Below the pieces are notes generated by a model that worked only from the letters and a program-made list of their open reading frames with translations, had not been told where the DNA came from and did no database searches. A program made the position numbers and the translations under genes. Shown here piece after piece: positions 50,715-60,555 of a stretch of DNA of 64,000 nucleotides. Position 1 is the first letter of the stretch. Each line of letters begins with the position of its first letter. The stretch is taken from assembly GCA_963765495.1 (NCBI GenBank), contig CAVXWP010000016.1, forward strand, positions 224,001 through 288,000, given 5' to 3'. The DNA is from Blastocatellia bacterium (GTDB lineage Bacteria > Acidobacteriota > Blastocatellia > UBA7656).

Positions 50715-51875
50715 TTAGACGCCCCCGGAAATCCACAGAGGATCGGTTTGAGCGGCGAGGTCTTTCTTTATCGCTTGAAAACATCGGGCAAATTCGCGGC
50801 CTTCTTCACTGGTGAGCGCGGGCGTACCCTCTGCCACTCTATCCGATTCGATAACGCCTTCGAGTTTGAGCGCATGTTTTATGCACGCGATGGTCTTATC
50901 GACCGGACGCCCTGCTGATTTGAAAACGCAGGCGGCGCTGAACCGGTCAAAGGCCCGTTTGTAAATTGCCATCAATCGGTCGTCGCCTGCGAAACAGGCG
51001 CGCCAGGCACGCTGCCACTCTCGCGGCAAAACATTTGCCGGCCCCGACACCACGCCTACGGGCAACTCGTTGTGCAGCAGATAACGATTCCAGTATTCGC
51101 GCACGCGGCCCGCCAATCCTTCTTCAAGCCTGAAGACCTGAAACATCAACATGGCGTTGCCTATGTAAACACCAAACCCTTCTCTGGTTTTGTAATGCAG
51201 CGCGCCTCTTGTGTAATTGCCCAGAACGCGGCGAGAGGCGCTGACCTTAAGCCCGTAGATAAACGGCAGACGACTGAGCCTTTTTACTTCGCGGGTACGA
51301 ATATGAGACCTGCGCGGGTCGGCGGCTATATCGGCATTGTCATATAAAAAGAGCGGAATCCACCCGCCCCTGCGATCAAACAGATCGCTCACCTCGCGTT
51401 GAAAGAAAGAGACTATATCGCCAAGATCGCCGATAGAGAGCGGCGCTACGACGGCCGCATCCGCTCCGGCTTCAATCGCGCATTCCAGATTTGCGAGCGT
51501 CTCGCTTCTGGTCGAGGCTGTCACGCCCGTCCAGGCTTCGAGGGGCCGTTGGCCGCATCCGGCAAGCTCTTGATTTATGCGCGCGATCTCGTCCGCTTCG
51601 ATCTCTATAAGCCGCTGTCGCTCGCCGTTCGAGATGCGGTTCCACTCGCCGGTTGTGCCTATGCCGAATATTATGTCAGCGCCCGAGGACTGCTGCGCGT
51701 TGTAGCGAAAAACGCGGCGCTGCTCGTCTTCAACCACGCGCCCTGCGCCGTCAAGCACCGTGATTGATGGAATGCTCAGACCGCTTCGCACGCGATAGCT
51801 CCAGCCAGCCCTCGGCGAGGCGTCAGGCTCTTTATCCGGCTTTTCGGCGTCGATCTGTTTATAGACGGATTCCAT
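50715..51875 (-). CDS. Dihydrodipicolinate synthase-family (class I aldolase-like) protein
   Basis: GIGTTGEW, GADAAVVAP, LFLYDN, GLKVS. Confidence 0.85.
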   Translation of the reverse strand: MESVYKQIDAEKPDKEPDASPRAGWSYRVRSGLSIPSITVLDGAGRVVEDEQRRVFRYNAQQSSGADIIFGIGTTGEWNRISNGERQRLIEIEADEIARINQELAGCGQRPLEAWTGVTASTRSETLANLECAIEAGADAAVVAPLSIGDLGDIVSFFQREVSDLFDRRGGWIPLFLYDNADIAADPRRSHIRTREVKRLSRLPFIYGLKVSASRRVLGNYTRGALHYKTREGFGVYIGNAMLMFQVFRLEEGLAGRVREYWNRYLLHNELPVGVVSGPANVLPREWQRAWRACFAGDDRLMAIYKRAFDRFSAACVFKSAGRPVDKTIACIKHALKLEGVIESDRVAEGTPALTSEEGREFARCFQAIKKDLAAQTDPLWISGGV

Positions 51876-51904
51876 CGCTTCGGGCCCGGTCAGATTCGCT
51901 CAAG

Positions 51905-52282
51905 TCAGATTCGCTCAAGATCGGCGACTGTTCTTTCGTTTTGCGTATTGCCTGTGTTCAGCGTGCTCCTGGGTTCGAGCAACAAAACATGCGCTTCTTC
52001 TTCGGCCACAGGCAGATGTTCGACGCCTCTGGGGATGATGACGAACTCGCCTTCTTCCAGATTTATGTCACGGTCGCGCAACTTGATTTGCAACCTGCCT
52101 TTCACGACCAGAAAAAGCTCGTCTTCCTGCTCGTGATGATGCCAGACGAATTCGCCTTTGAGCTTTACAAGCTTGACGAGCGAATCGTTTATTTCGCCTG
52201 CTATCTTCGGACTCCAGTAATCCTGAAACAGACCGAGTTTTTCAGAGAGATTCACTTTTTCAATCGTCTGTCTTTCCATCAT
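51905..52282 (-). CDS. Cupin domain protein
   Basis: WSPKI, GEFVWHHHEQEDELFLV, IPRGVEHLP. Confidence 0.92.
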   Translation of the reverse strand: MMERQTIEKVNLSEKLGLFQDYWSPKIAGEINDSLVKLVKLKGEFVWHHHEQEDELFLVVKGRLQIKLRDRDINLEEGEFVIIPRGVEHLPVAEEEAHVLLLEPRSTLNTGNTQNERTVADLERI

Positions 52283-52560
52283 CGAACCGCCTTGAATGAT
52301 TATCTTTATCGGAGCGTAGGTGGAGCGCGGCTCGATTGTCAAGGCACCGCCCCCTGAGATTTGAGATTTGAGATTCGAGATTCGAGATCTCATATGAGTG
52401 GGTGGGAATGAGAGTAACCTATGGCTTGCGTTGATTGCCTCCGAGCCGTTGTGTATAGTTTTTCTAAGGCAGCATTTGAGGACGCTTACCCGCTGCGTCT
52501 GTGGCTTCACGTAAGACCACCTGGGAAATCATAAATAATCCTGATTGAGGAACCTGTGTC

Positions 52561-54447
52561 ATGGAAAAACCTGCGAAAATAAATCAAAGCATAATTCAAT
52601 CTCTGGAAGCGATGGGCAACAAACTGCGCATAGACTCGATCCTTGCCACGTCCGAGGCCGGGTCGGGACATCCCACTTCCTGTATGTCGGCAGCCGATCT
52701 GGTTGCCGCGATATTTTTTTACGCGATGCGCTACGATGTGGCCAATCCTAAGAACCCCGTCAATGACCGCTTTGTGTTATCAAAGGGGCATGCCGCGCCT
52801 TTGCTTTACGCCGCGTGGGCCGAAGGCGGCGCGTTTGCGGTAGACTTGCTCAAGACCTTGCGCGAATTCGGGAGCGACCTCGAAGGGCATCCGACGCCTC
52901 GACTGCCATGGGTCGAAGTCGCAACCGGCTCGCTTGGTCAGGGGCTTTCCTACGGGCTTGGCATGGCTATCAACAGCAAATATCTCGACGAGATTGATAA
53001 CCGCATATTCGTTTTAATGGGCGACGGCGAGGCGGCCGAAGGTTCGGTCTGGGAAGCCGCAGAGCTTGCCGCTTACTATAAACTCAATAACCTCACAGCC
53101 CTGGTCGACGTTAACGGTCTGGGCCAGAGCCAGCGCACAATGTACGGCCACGACACAGAAGTTTATCGCCGTCGCTTTGAGGCGTTTGGCTGGCACGCCT
53201 TAGCGATAGACGGTCACGACTGCCTACAGATCGTCAACGCGCTCGATGAAGTGATGGCCGTAAAAGACAGACCTTCGGTCATCGTGGCCGCTACAAAAAA
53301 AGGGAAGGGCGTTTCGTTTGTCGAAGACAAGAACGGCTGGCACGGTAAGGCATTCAAGAAGGGTGAAGAGATGGAGCGCGCGATTGCCGAGCTTGAAGGC
53401 GTGGCGCAAAATACCGGCGGGCTGAAAATCTCGCCGCCCGAAGATCGAAGCAGTCGGGCCGAAACGAATCCCGAGACCGCTACAAAAAAGGAGAACTTCA
53501 AAAGCGAATACAAAGAAGGGCAGGAGGTCGCTACACGCCAGGTCTACGGCGAGGCGCTTGCCCGGCTCGGGGACGAAAACCCGCTCGTCGTGGCCGTTGA
53601 CGGCGATACGAAGAATTCGACTTACTCGATAAAATTCATGGAGGCGCACGAAGGCCGCTTCTTCGAATGTTTCATCGCCGAGCAGAACATGATAGGCACA
53701 GCCGTGGGGCTTGCCGCGATGGGCAAGATTCCTTTTGCCTCGACCTTTGCCTGTTTCCTCACCCGCGCATACGATCAAATCCGAATGGCTGCCGTCTCGC
53801 AATCGAATTTAAAACTTTGCGGCTCGCACTCGGGCGTTTCGATAGGCGAAGACGGCCCCTCGCAAATGGGGCTTGAAGACCTTGCGATGATGCGCGCCAT
53901 CATAGGCTCGTCGGTCATCTATCCGAGCGATGCCGTATCGGCAGAACACGCCGTCAGGCTTGCAGCCGCTCATCGCGGAATCGTCTATATTCGAACGAGC
54001 CGCCCAAAGACGCCCGTGATCTATTCGGGCGATGAGGAATTCAAACTGGGGCAGGCAAAGATAATCAGACAAAGCGAAGGCGATAAGATAACCATAGTCG
54101 GAGCGGGCATCACTTTGTTTGAAGCGCTTGCGGCATACGAGGAGCTTAAGTCCGAAGGAATACCTGTCAGAATCATAGACATTTTTTCAGTAAAGCCGAT
54201 AGACGAAGATACGCTTCGCGAGGCCGGGAGCGAGACCGACAACCTGATACTTACTGTCGAAGATCATTCATCGGAAGGCGGGATAGGCGACGCCGTGGCA
54301 AGCGCCGTAGCTCCTGCCGGTATTCGCGTCCACAAGCTTGCGGTCTCGGAGGTGCCCCGGTCGGGCAAACCCGAAGAGTTGCTTGCCGCCTACGGCATTG
54401 ATCGTAAGGCGATTATCGATAAGGTGAAATCCTTGCTCGAAAAATAA
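52561..54447 (+). CDS. tkt: Transketolase
   Basis: SGHPTSC, LSKGHAAP, TGSLGQG, GDGE..EGSVWEA, IAEQNM, GEDGPSQ. Confidence 0.96.
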   Translation: MEKPAKINQSIIQSLEAMGNKLRIDSILATSEAGSGHPTSCMSAADLVAAIFFYAMRYDVANPKNPVNDRFVLSKGHAAPLLYAAWAEGGAFAVDLLKTLREFGSDLEGHPTPRLPWVEVATGSLGQGLSYGLGMAINSKYLDEIDNRIFVLMGDGEAAEGSVWEAAELAAYYKLNNLTALVDVNGLGQSQRTMYGHDTEVYRRRFEAFGWHALAIDGHDCLQIVNALDEVMAVKDRPSVIVAATKKGKGVSFVEDKNGWHGKAFKKGEEMERAIAELEGVAQNTGGLKISPPEDRSSRAETNPETATKKENFKSEYKEGQEVATRQVYGEALARLGDENPLVVAVDGDTKNSTYSIKFMEAHEGRFFECFIAEQNMIGTAVGLAAMGKIPFASTFACFLTRAYDQIRMAAVSQSNLKLCGSHSGVSIGEDGPSQMGLEDLAMMRAIIGSSVIYPSDAVSAEHAVRLAAAHRGIVYIRTSRPKTPVIYSGDEEFKLGQAKIIRQSEGDKITIVGAGITLFEALAAYEELKSEGIPVRIIDIFSVKPIDEDTLREAGSETDNLILTVEDHSSEGGIGDAVASAVAPAGIRVHKLAVSEVPRSGKPEELLAAYGIDRKAIIDKVKSLLEK

Positions 54448-54454
54448 AGACTTT

Positions 54455-54528
54455 AACAGGATTGACAGGATTCAGGAGGATTTAGAAAAATCATGTTGAA
54501 TCGCCTTGAATCCTGTTAATCCTGTCAA
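54455..54528. repeat. Intergenic inverted repeat of ACAGGATT units
   Basis: AACAGGATTGACAGGATT...AATCCTGTTAATCCTGTC. Confidence 0.65.
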
Positions 54529-54673
54529 AAAAGATCTGAGGTCATGCTCTTGTGCACATATCTCCGCTTCGGGTGATTTCGGATTGCCGATTTTGGCTCG
54601 CTGGTATAAATTGTTGGCGCACACGGCTGTGACGAATTGAGCTTACATTCCTAAACAAGGCGGCAACAAATGA

Positions 54674-55729
54674 ATGGTGAAAAAGTGGTCGGCCAAGATC
54701 GACACACTACTTGAGCCTCTATTGTTGGAGGCCAGTGACGAAGAGGCTGACAAGCTCCTCTTAAGCCTGATCACCCTCCATGCCGATCCTGTGATCAAGG
54801 GCATCATTCGCTATAAACTCCATCTCAGTTCTCATCACGCGGACGGGCGATCTGAGACTGATGACGTTTATCAGGATGTGTTGCTGCAATTACTGGCGGA
54901 ATTGCAGCAACTTCGCAAACAGCCCGACGAGCATCCGATTACTGATGTGCGAGGGATGGCGGCCGTCATCGCGCATCGGACCTGTTCCCGCTGGATGCGC
55001 CGCCAATTTCCAGAACGGCACGCGCTCAAAAACCGACTTCAATACCTGCTGACGCGGCAGGCGGGTTTCGCGCTCTGGCAGGACGAGGAGAGAAAACTCG
55101 TGGCTGGTTTTGCCGTGTGGCAGGGACAAAAGAAAGCTGTGTCAGCGGCGCGACCCGGTCAACTGTCAGATGACGAGGGGTTGCGGGCACACATACGAAT
55201 GCTCAAAAGCGGCAGACAGCAAGAGTTGGGCGACGCCCTGGCCGCGATTTTCAATCACCTCGGCAGCCCCGTTGAATTCGATGAACTGGTGAGCGCCCTG
55301 GCCGCGCTGCTGGGAATAAGAGATCAGCCTATTGAATCGATCTCTGAGGACGAAGACGCCGTTGCGTTTCAAACCGCTGCCGGAGGGCCAGACCCGGCAT
55401 GGCAGGTCGAAAAACGAATCTTTTTGCAAAGGCTTTGGGAAGAGTTGCAACAGCTTCCTTCAAACCAGCGCGCGGCGCTGTTGCTTAACCTGAAAGACGC
55501 TGAGGGGCGCGGTTGTATTGCACTGTTCCCCGCGACGGGGATCGCGACTCTGCGCCAACTGGCAGACGCGCTCGAGATGAACGCGGAGAGTTTTGCCCAG
55601 TTGTGGAATGATTTACCGATTGAGGACGCGAGAATAGCTGAACTGCTGGGGCTGACCAGACAGCAGGTGATCAACGCGCGTAAATCGGGGCGTGAACGGT
55701 TGACGCGTCGTTTGAAAGGGTTTATTTAA
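54674..55729 (+). CDS. ECF-type sigma factor with a long region 2-4 insertion
   Basis: ETDDVYQDVLLQL (region 2); LWEELQQLPSNQRAALLL; IAELLGLTRQQVINARKSGRERL (region 4). Confidence 0.8.
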   Translation: MVKKWSAKIDTLLEPLLLEASDEEADKLLLSLITLHADPVIKGIIRYKLHLSSHHADGRSETDDVYQDVLLQLLAELQQLRKQPDEHPITDVRGMAAVIAHRTCSRWMRRQFPERHALKNRLQYLLTRQAGFALWQDEERKLVAGFAVWQGQKKAVSAARPGQLSDDEGLRAHIRMLKSGRQQELGDALAAIFNHLGSPVEFDELVSALAALLGIRDQPIESISEDEDAVAFQTAAGGPDPAWQVEKRIFLQRLWEELQQLPSNQRAALLLNLKDAEGRGCIALFPATGIATLRQLADALEMNAESFAQLWNDLPIEDARIAELLGLTRQQVINARKSGRERLTRRLKGFI

Positions 55730-55737
55730 ACGTCGGT

Positions 55738-55764
55738 GCTAATAATCGGTGTCTTTCGTCAACT
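55738..55764 (+). promoter_or_regulatory. Putative ECF promoter, copy 1
   Basis: GCTAATA-N15-CAACT. Confidence 0.6.
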
Positions 55765-55815
55765 TATTCATGTGAATAGAAAGCCGGAATCCGGCCTGAG
55801 GGGATTATAAGAGAC

Positions 55816-57108
55816 TTGAGCGAACACTTGACTCAAAAACAGATTGAGGATTACTGTCGGCAACATCTGCGCGCTGCCGAACTGTTAGCGGTATCCGATC
55901 ATCTGGGCGAATGTGAAACGTGCCGGTTGGGGACCGAATGTGCTATGAACGGCGACGCAGTATTCCTCGCCTTGCGATCCGAAGTCTTTGGTGAGGCAAC
56001 AGCAATCTCTTCCTCGCACCTCGTGCGGTCACATCTAACCGCAGAACAGACGGCTGATTATGTTGATAGAAACCTGTCGGGCGAGGAGTTGCAACTTGTC
56101 ACCGATCATTTGACCCGTTGCGAGCAGTGCGCCCTGGCCGTTGATGACCTGAACGAATTCAGAAATCAGATCGCGCCCGCACTCGAGCGCGAATATCATC
56201 CGGCCTATGCTCCACCTCCAACCGAAGGCTGGTGGCACCGAACGGTCGGTTTTCTACCCGTTCTCTTCCGCAGGTCTCCGGGACTGGCCTTTGGCGCGGT
56301 GCTGACTCTCTTTTTGCTGATGATGACCGTCTGGTGGATTTCGCGTACGCCGCAAGCAAGAGAGCCGGAACAGGAGGTAGTCATTACACCCGCGCCCTCG
56401 CCGCAACCCGCACCCGCACCAGTGCCCGTGGTCGCGCAACTCAAGGACGGTGAAGGGCAGTTGGCGCTGGATCAGGAAGGCAAGCTTTCGGGTGCCGGCG
56501 ACCTGCCGCCAGCTTACCAGAGCAAGCTGAAGGAAGCGCTCGCCTCAGGGCGGATCGAAAGATCATCACAACTCAATGGACTCACGCGACCGCCGAGTTC
56601 GCTGATGAGTACGGACAAACAGAGCAACGAATTTTCCGTGATCGAGCCCGCCGGAACTGTGCTGATGACCAATCGCCCGACTTTTCGCTGGTCGCCGATG
56701 GAGGGGGCAACAGGCTACGTCGTTGAAGTTTACGACAACAAGTTCAACCTTGTGGAGACCAGCCCGCAACTCACCGGCAATTCGTGGGCAGTGTCGGCGC
56801 TCGCGCGCGGCAAGGTCTATACGTGGCAGGTAAAAGCTATTAAGGACGGTCAGGAATTCACATCACCACGCCCGCCAGCGCCGCAGGCGAAATTCCGCAT
56901 ACTCGATCAGGCGAAGGCGAATGAACTGGCGAAAGCGAAGCGAGCTTACCCGTCATCTCATCTGACGCTGGGGCTGCTGTACGCCGAAGCCGGGTTACTC
57001 AAGGAGGCCGAAGAGGAACTGCGCGCATTGCAAAAAGCAAACCCCGATTCGGAGATTGCTCGCAGTCTGCTCGGACAGGTTCAGGCGTTACGACGCCGAA
57101 GCGAATGA
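55816..57108 (+). CDS. Zinc-finger anti-sigma-like membrane protein (two HxxxCxxC motifs, TM segment, periplasmic domain)
   Basis: HLGECETC, HLTRCEQC, hydrophobic helix, PTFRW, C-terminal TPR-like helices. Confidence 0.85.
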   Translation: MSEHLTQKQIEDYCRQHLRAAELLAVSDHLGECETCRLGTECAMNGDAVFLALRSEVFGEATAISSSHLVRSHLTAEQTADYVDRNLSGEELQLVTDHLTRCEQCALAVDDLNEFRNQIAPALEREYHPAYAPPPTEGWWHRTVGFLPVLFRRSPGLAFGAVLTLFLLMMTVWWISRTPQAREPEQEVVITPAPSPQPAPAPVPVVAQLKDGEGQLALDQEGKLSGAGDLPPAYQSKLKEALASGRIERSSQLNGLTRPPSSLMSTDKQSNEFSVIEPAGTVLMTNRPTFRWSPMEGATGYVVEVYDNKFNLVETSPQLTGNSWAVSALARGKVYTWQVKAIKDGQEFTSPRPPAPQAKFRILDQAKANELAKAKRAYPSSHLTLGLLYAEAGLLKEAEEELRALQKANPDSEIARSLLGQVQALRRRSE

Positions 57109-57229
57109 TCGGCAAGTATCAGAAAACTGCGAACAGGTGAGAGCCGCAAACCGTCTCATCTTCCATCACCCACCCGCACCAATCCCGCCCATTAAACCGA
57201 ATGTCAGGGTTCAACATTTCTTTATCATT

Positions 57230-57320
57230 CGAGCCCGGACGGGAGGGATGAGGCTCAAGCTCAAAGCCAGTAACACAGCGATACGCGGGACGCGAACGAC
57301 ATAAAACATATCTCCTTCCA
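57230..57320 (-). pseudogene. Remnant of the 5' end (signal peptide and RBS) of a CHAT-gene paralog
   Basis: GATGAGGCTCAAGCTCAAAGCCAG...GACATA.AACA...CCTTCCA matches 63420-63510. Confidence 0.7.
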
Positions 57321-57355
57321 TTTACACCACACACGCCAAGAAATTTCGAGCGGGC

Positions 57356-57382
57356 GGTAATATCCCGGAAAGTTCGGCAACT
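57356..57382 (+). promoter_or_regulatory. Putative ECF promoter, copy 2
   Basis: GGTAATA-N15-CAACT. Confidence 0.65.
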
Positions 57383-57774
57383 TCTCATCCTTCGGTGTTT
57401 GAAAACGGTGGAGTAAATTCCCGTCTAAGGGCCGTGGCCCGCGTCGGGGTTTATTCCGCTCCGCTGAAATTGCAAGGCTTGAAAATTTCGAGCGGACGGT
57501 AATAGGGGGGAACGATAGACTGACAAACGACCTCTCGATCAATTCCTCGTCGTCAGGTTGCAAGACCTGAGATCCAACCTTTGGAGATGATTACCCACCG
57601 AATTGTTTGTGATCAGGTAAACGCAAGCCAAGAAAGAAATCGAAATCAGCCCACGGATTCGGCAACGGGTTGAAGCTGCCACTGCGCCAGATGTGAGGCG
57701 TCCGTCTGTCGGCAGTCTAAACAAATCCATGCTCGCAGGCGGACGCGGGCACAACAGAATAGAAGGAGAGTATT

Positions 57775-60282
57775 GTGAACTTAAAACAGATATTTCGGGT
57801 CGCGGTGTGTGCGGCCCTCATTGCGGTGTTCATCGGCGCGGGATTCTTTCCGGCGCAATCGGCAGCCGGGCAGGTAATCGGGCAAGTAACCAGCCCTCTC
57901 ACCTTGCAAGGCGCGGCGGCAATCGATCAATTGAAACAGGACGGCCAGTACGATTTATTGCAAACAGCGCTGGATCAGGCGCGCTTGAGCGTAAGCCGCG
58001 CAGAGAATACGCCGCTTGGACGTTGGGCCTGGCACGCGCCCAACCAGGCGGCGGGTTATGACGCTTACATCACCGAAAAGGGTGTGAGCATCGCCGTAAA
58101 CGATGGGGCGTATGTCAGCCTCAGTCTGCACAGCCTCGGTTACGGCGCGGCGTTGCGAGAGGTCGCGCCCGGCGAAGTCAGCGGCGACAAACAGACGATC
58201 AACATCGCACGCGACGGTGGCGTGAGGGAATGGTACGTCAACGGACCGGACGGGTTGGAGCAGGGCTTTACACTAGCGGAATCGCCGGGTGCGCAGCAGG
58301 CGGGCGAGCCGTTGCGTCTGACCTTGCAAGTAAGCGACGACTGGCGGGCGGCGGCGAGCGAAGACGGACAGGGGGTCACGTTGCGAAGCGCGGACGGGCA
58401 GGCGGTCGAATACAGCAAACTGGTCGTGCGCGACAGCCTTGAGCGCACTATCCCTGCGCGGCTTGCGGTCGCCAAAGAAGGGGTCGTCATCGAGGTGGAA
58501 GACAGCGATGCCACATATCCGCTGACGATTGATCCGACTTTCACCTTGCAACAGAAACTGCTCGCGCCGGATGGGGCGGCCCGTGATGCCTTTGGCCTTG
58601 CGGTCGCGGTCTACGGCAACACGGTGGTGGTCGGCGCGTACGCGGCCACTATTGGCGCGAAATTCTATCAAGGAGCGGCCTACGTCTTCACGCGCAGCGG
58701 CACTACCTGGACGCAACAACAGAAACTCACGGCCAGCGACGGCGCATCGGGTGATCAGTTCGGCTCTGAGGTCGCGATCAGCGGCGACACGGTGGTGGTC
58801 GGCGCTAACCGCGATACCATTGACGGGAGGGCAGATCAAGGTTCGGCCTATGTCTTCACACGCAGCGGCACTACCTGGACGCAACAACAGAAACTCACGG
58901 CCTTCGACGGCGCGGCGTCTGAGTTCTTCGGCTCTGCGATCGCGATCTACGGCGACACAGTGGTGTTCGGTGTGGCCCATACTGAGATCAATCAGCACGT
59001 CCATCAGGGTTCGGCCTATGTCTTCAAACGCAGTGGCACGACCTGGACGGTTCAACAGAAACTCACCGCCAGCGACGGCGCATGGGATGATTGGTTCGGC
59101 ATCTCGGTCGCGATCTACGGCGACACGATAGCGGTGGGCGCATATAGCGACTTTATCACGTACGTAGATCAAGGTTCGGTTTACATCTTCACGCGCAGCG
59201 GCACCTACTGGACTCAGCAACAGAGAATTACCGCCAGCGATCCCGCGGAGGCTGATTTTTTCGGCAGATCTGTCGCGCTGAGCAATGACACGCTGGTAGT
59301 CGGCACGCCTGATCACGACAATGGCACGAACTACTATCAAGGAGCGATCTACATCTTCACGCGCAACGGCGCGGGCTGGACGGAGCTACAGGAACTCAGG
59401 GCCGCCGATGGCGAGGCGTTTGATAGCTTCGGCATCTCGGTTGCGATCAGCGGCGACACCATGGTGGTTGGCGCTGATGGTGACGGCAATGGCTTGAACA
59501 CCGATCAAGGTTCGGCCTATGTCTTCACGCGCAGCTACGGGTACTGGTCGCAGCGCCAGAAACTCACGGCCAGCGACGGCGCAAAGGATGATACCTTTGG
59601 CATCTCGGTCGCGATCAGCGACGATACCCTGGTGGCGGGCGCCTTCAGCGACGACATCAACGCGAATATCGATCAAGGCTCGGCTTATGTCTTCTACCGC
59701 GCACCCTGCTCGACCTTTGTGTTCTCGCCAGCCTTTCTTTCTGATGGTCTCAAAGGTCAACCGTATCAGCAATGGGTGACGATCTCCAACGGCGGAGGGC
59801 CATATCATTTCGCCCGCAGCAGCGGCACATTGCCGCCCGGCATATCACTATCATCCTCCGGCTTTCTGTCGGGCACGCCGACGACGGCGGGCACGTATCA
59901 ATTCACGCTCACCGCGACCGACTTGAACACCCTTTGTTCCGGCAGTCGCACTTACACTCTCACGGTCGCATCCTGCCCCACGTTGGTCCTCGATCCGCCC
60001 GACATACCCAATGGAGCGATGGGCACGCCGTACAGCTATACGCTGGCGGTGCTGGGCGGCAGGCCGCCTTACACCTTTGCCGCGAAGGGCAAGACACCCG
60101 GGCTGAGCATGAGCGCGGACGGCGTCCTTAGCGGCACGCCCACAATGGTGGGTAATTTCCCCTTCACTCTAGTAATCAGTGACGTGAATGGCTGTTCCTC
60201 GACGTTGGCTTGCGCCATCACGATCACAGAATCGGACGGCGGAAGCTCCGTCGCGTCGCGCCCCGGGAGCGGCAAGCGGTAG
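57775..60282 (+). CDS. Exported FG-GAP repeat beta-propeller protein with C-terminal putative Ig domains
   Basis: Seven QQKLTASDG...FG.SVAISGDT.VVGA...QGSAYVF repeats; GTLPPGISLS..GTPT; GAAGGAG RBS. Confidence 0.93.
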   Translation: MNLKQIFRVAVCAALIAVFIGAGFFPAQSAAGQVIGQVTSPLTLQGAAAIDQLKQDGQYDLLQTALDQARLSVSRAENTPLGRWAWHAPNQAAGYDAYITEKGVSIAVNDGAYVSLSLHSLGYGAALREVAPGEVSGDKQTINIARDGGVREWYVNGPDGLEQGFTLAESPGAQQAGEPLRLTLQVSDDWRAAASEDGQGVTLRSADGQAVEYSKLVVRDSLERTIPARLAVAKEGVVIEVEDSDATYPLTIDPTFTLQQKLLAPDGAARDAFGLAVAVYGNTVVVGAYAATIGAKFYQGAAYVFTRSGTTWTQQQKLTASDGASGDQFGSEVAISGDTVVVGANRDTIDGRADQGSAYVFTRSGTTWTQQQKLTAFDGAASEFFGSAIAIYGDTVVFGVAHTEINQHVHQGSAYVFKRSGTTWTVQQKLTASDGAWDDWFGISVAIYGDTIAVGAYSDFITYVDQGSVYIFTRSGTYWTQQQRITASDPAEADFFGRSVALSNDTLVVGTPDHDNGTNYYQGAIYIFTRNGAGWTELQELRAADGEAFDSFGISVAISGDTMVVGADGDGNGLNTDQGSAYVFTRSYGYWSQRQKLTASDGAKDDTFGISVAISDDTLVAGAFSDDINANIDQGSAYVFYRAPCSTFVFSPAFLSDGLKGQPYQQWVTISNGGGPYHFARSSGTLPPGISLSSSGFLSGTPTTAGTYQFTLTATDLNTLCSGSRTYTLTVASCPTLVLDPPDIPNGAMGTPYSYTLAVLGGRPPYTFAAKGKTPGLSMSADGVLSGTPTMVGNFPFTLVISDVNGCSSTLACAITITESDGGSSVASRPGSGKR

Positions 60283-60317
60283 ACAGTTTGTTTTAAGCCC
60301 ACCACGCGGCGACGTTA

Positions 60318-60345
60318 AGTCCCACCACCATTGGGTGGTGGGACT
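60318..60345. repeat. REP-like palindrome
   Basis: AGTCCCACCACC-ATTG-GGTGGTGGGACT. Confidence 0.6.
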
Positions 60346-60367
60346 CCTCCTCGCCAACTTAGCGTTT

Positions 60368-60544
60368 GCACAACGGGTTGAATCCAAACAAATCCATGCT
60401 CGCAGGCGGACGCGGGCACAACAGAATAGAAGGAGAGTATTGTGAACTTAAAACAGATATTTCGGGTCGCGGTGTGTGCGGCCCTCATTGCGGTGTTTGT
60501 CGGCGGCGCGGAATTGTTCCCGGCGCAATCGGCGGCCGGGCAGG
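60368..60544 (+). pseudogene. Duplicated leader and signal-peptide fragment of the FG-GAP gene
   Basis: AAACAAATCCATGCTCGCAGGCGG...MNLKQIFRVAVCAALIAVF...FPAQSAAGQ is near-identical to 57719-57873. Confidence 0.85.
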
Positions 60545-60555
60545 AAACCTCGGAA

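Noticed and set aside
58540-59700. Regularly spaced DNA repeats resembling a CRISPR array
   Set aside because: They are in-frame FG-GAP coding repeats (~170-bp period), with no unique spacers and no cas genes.
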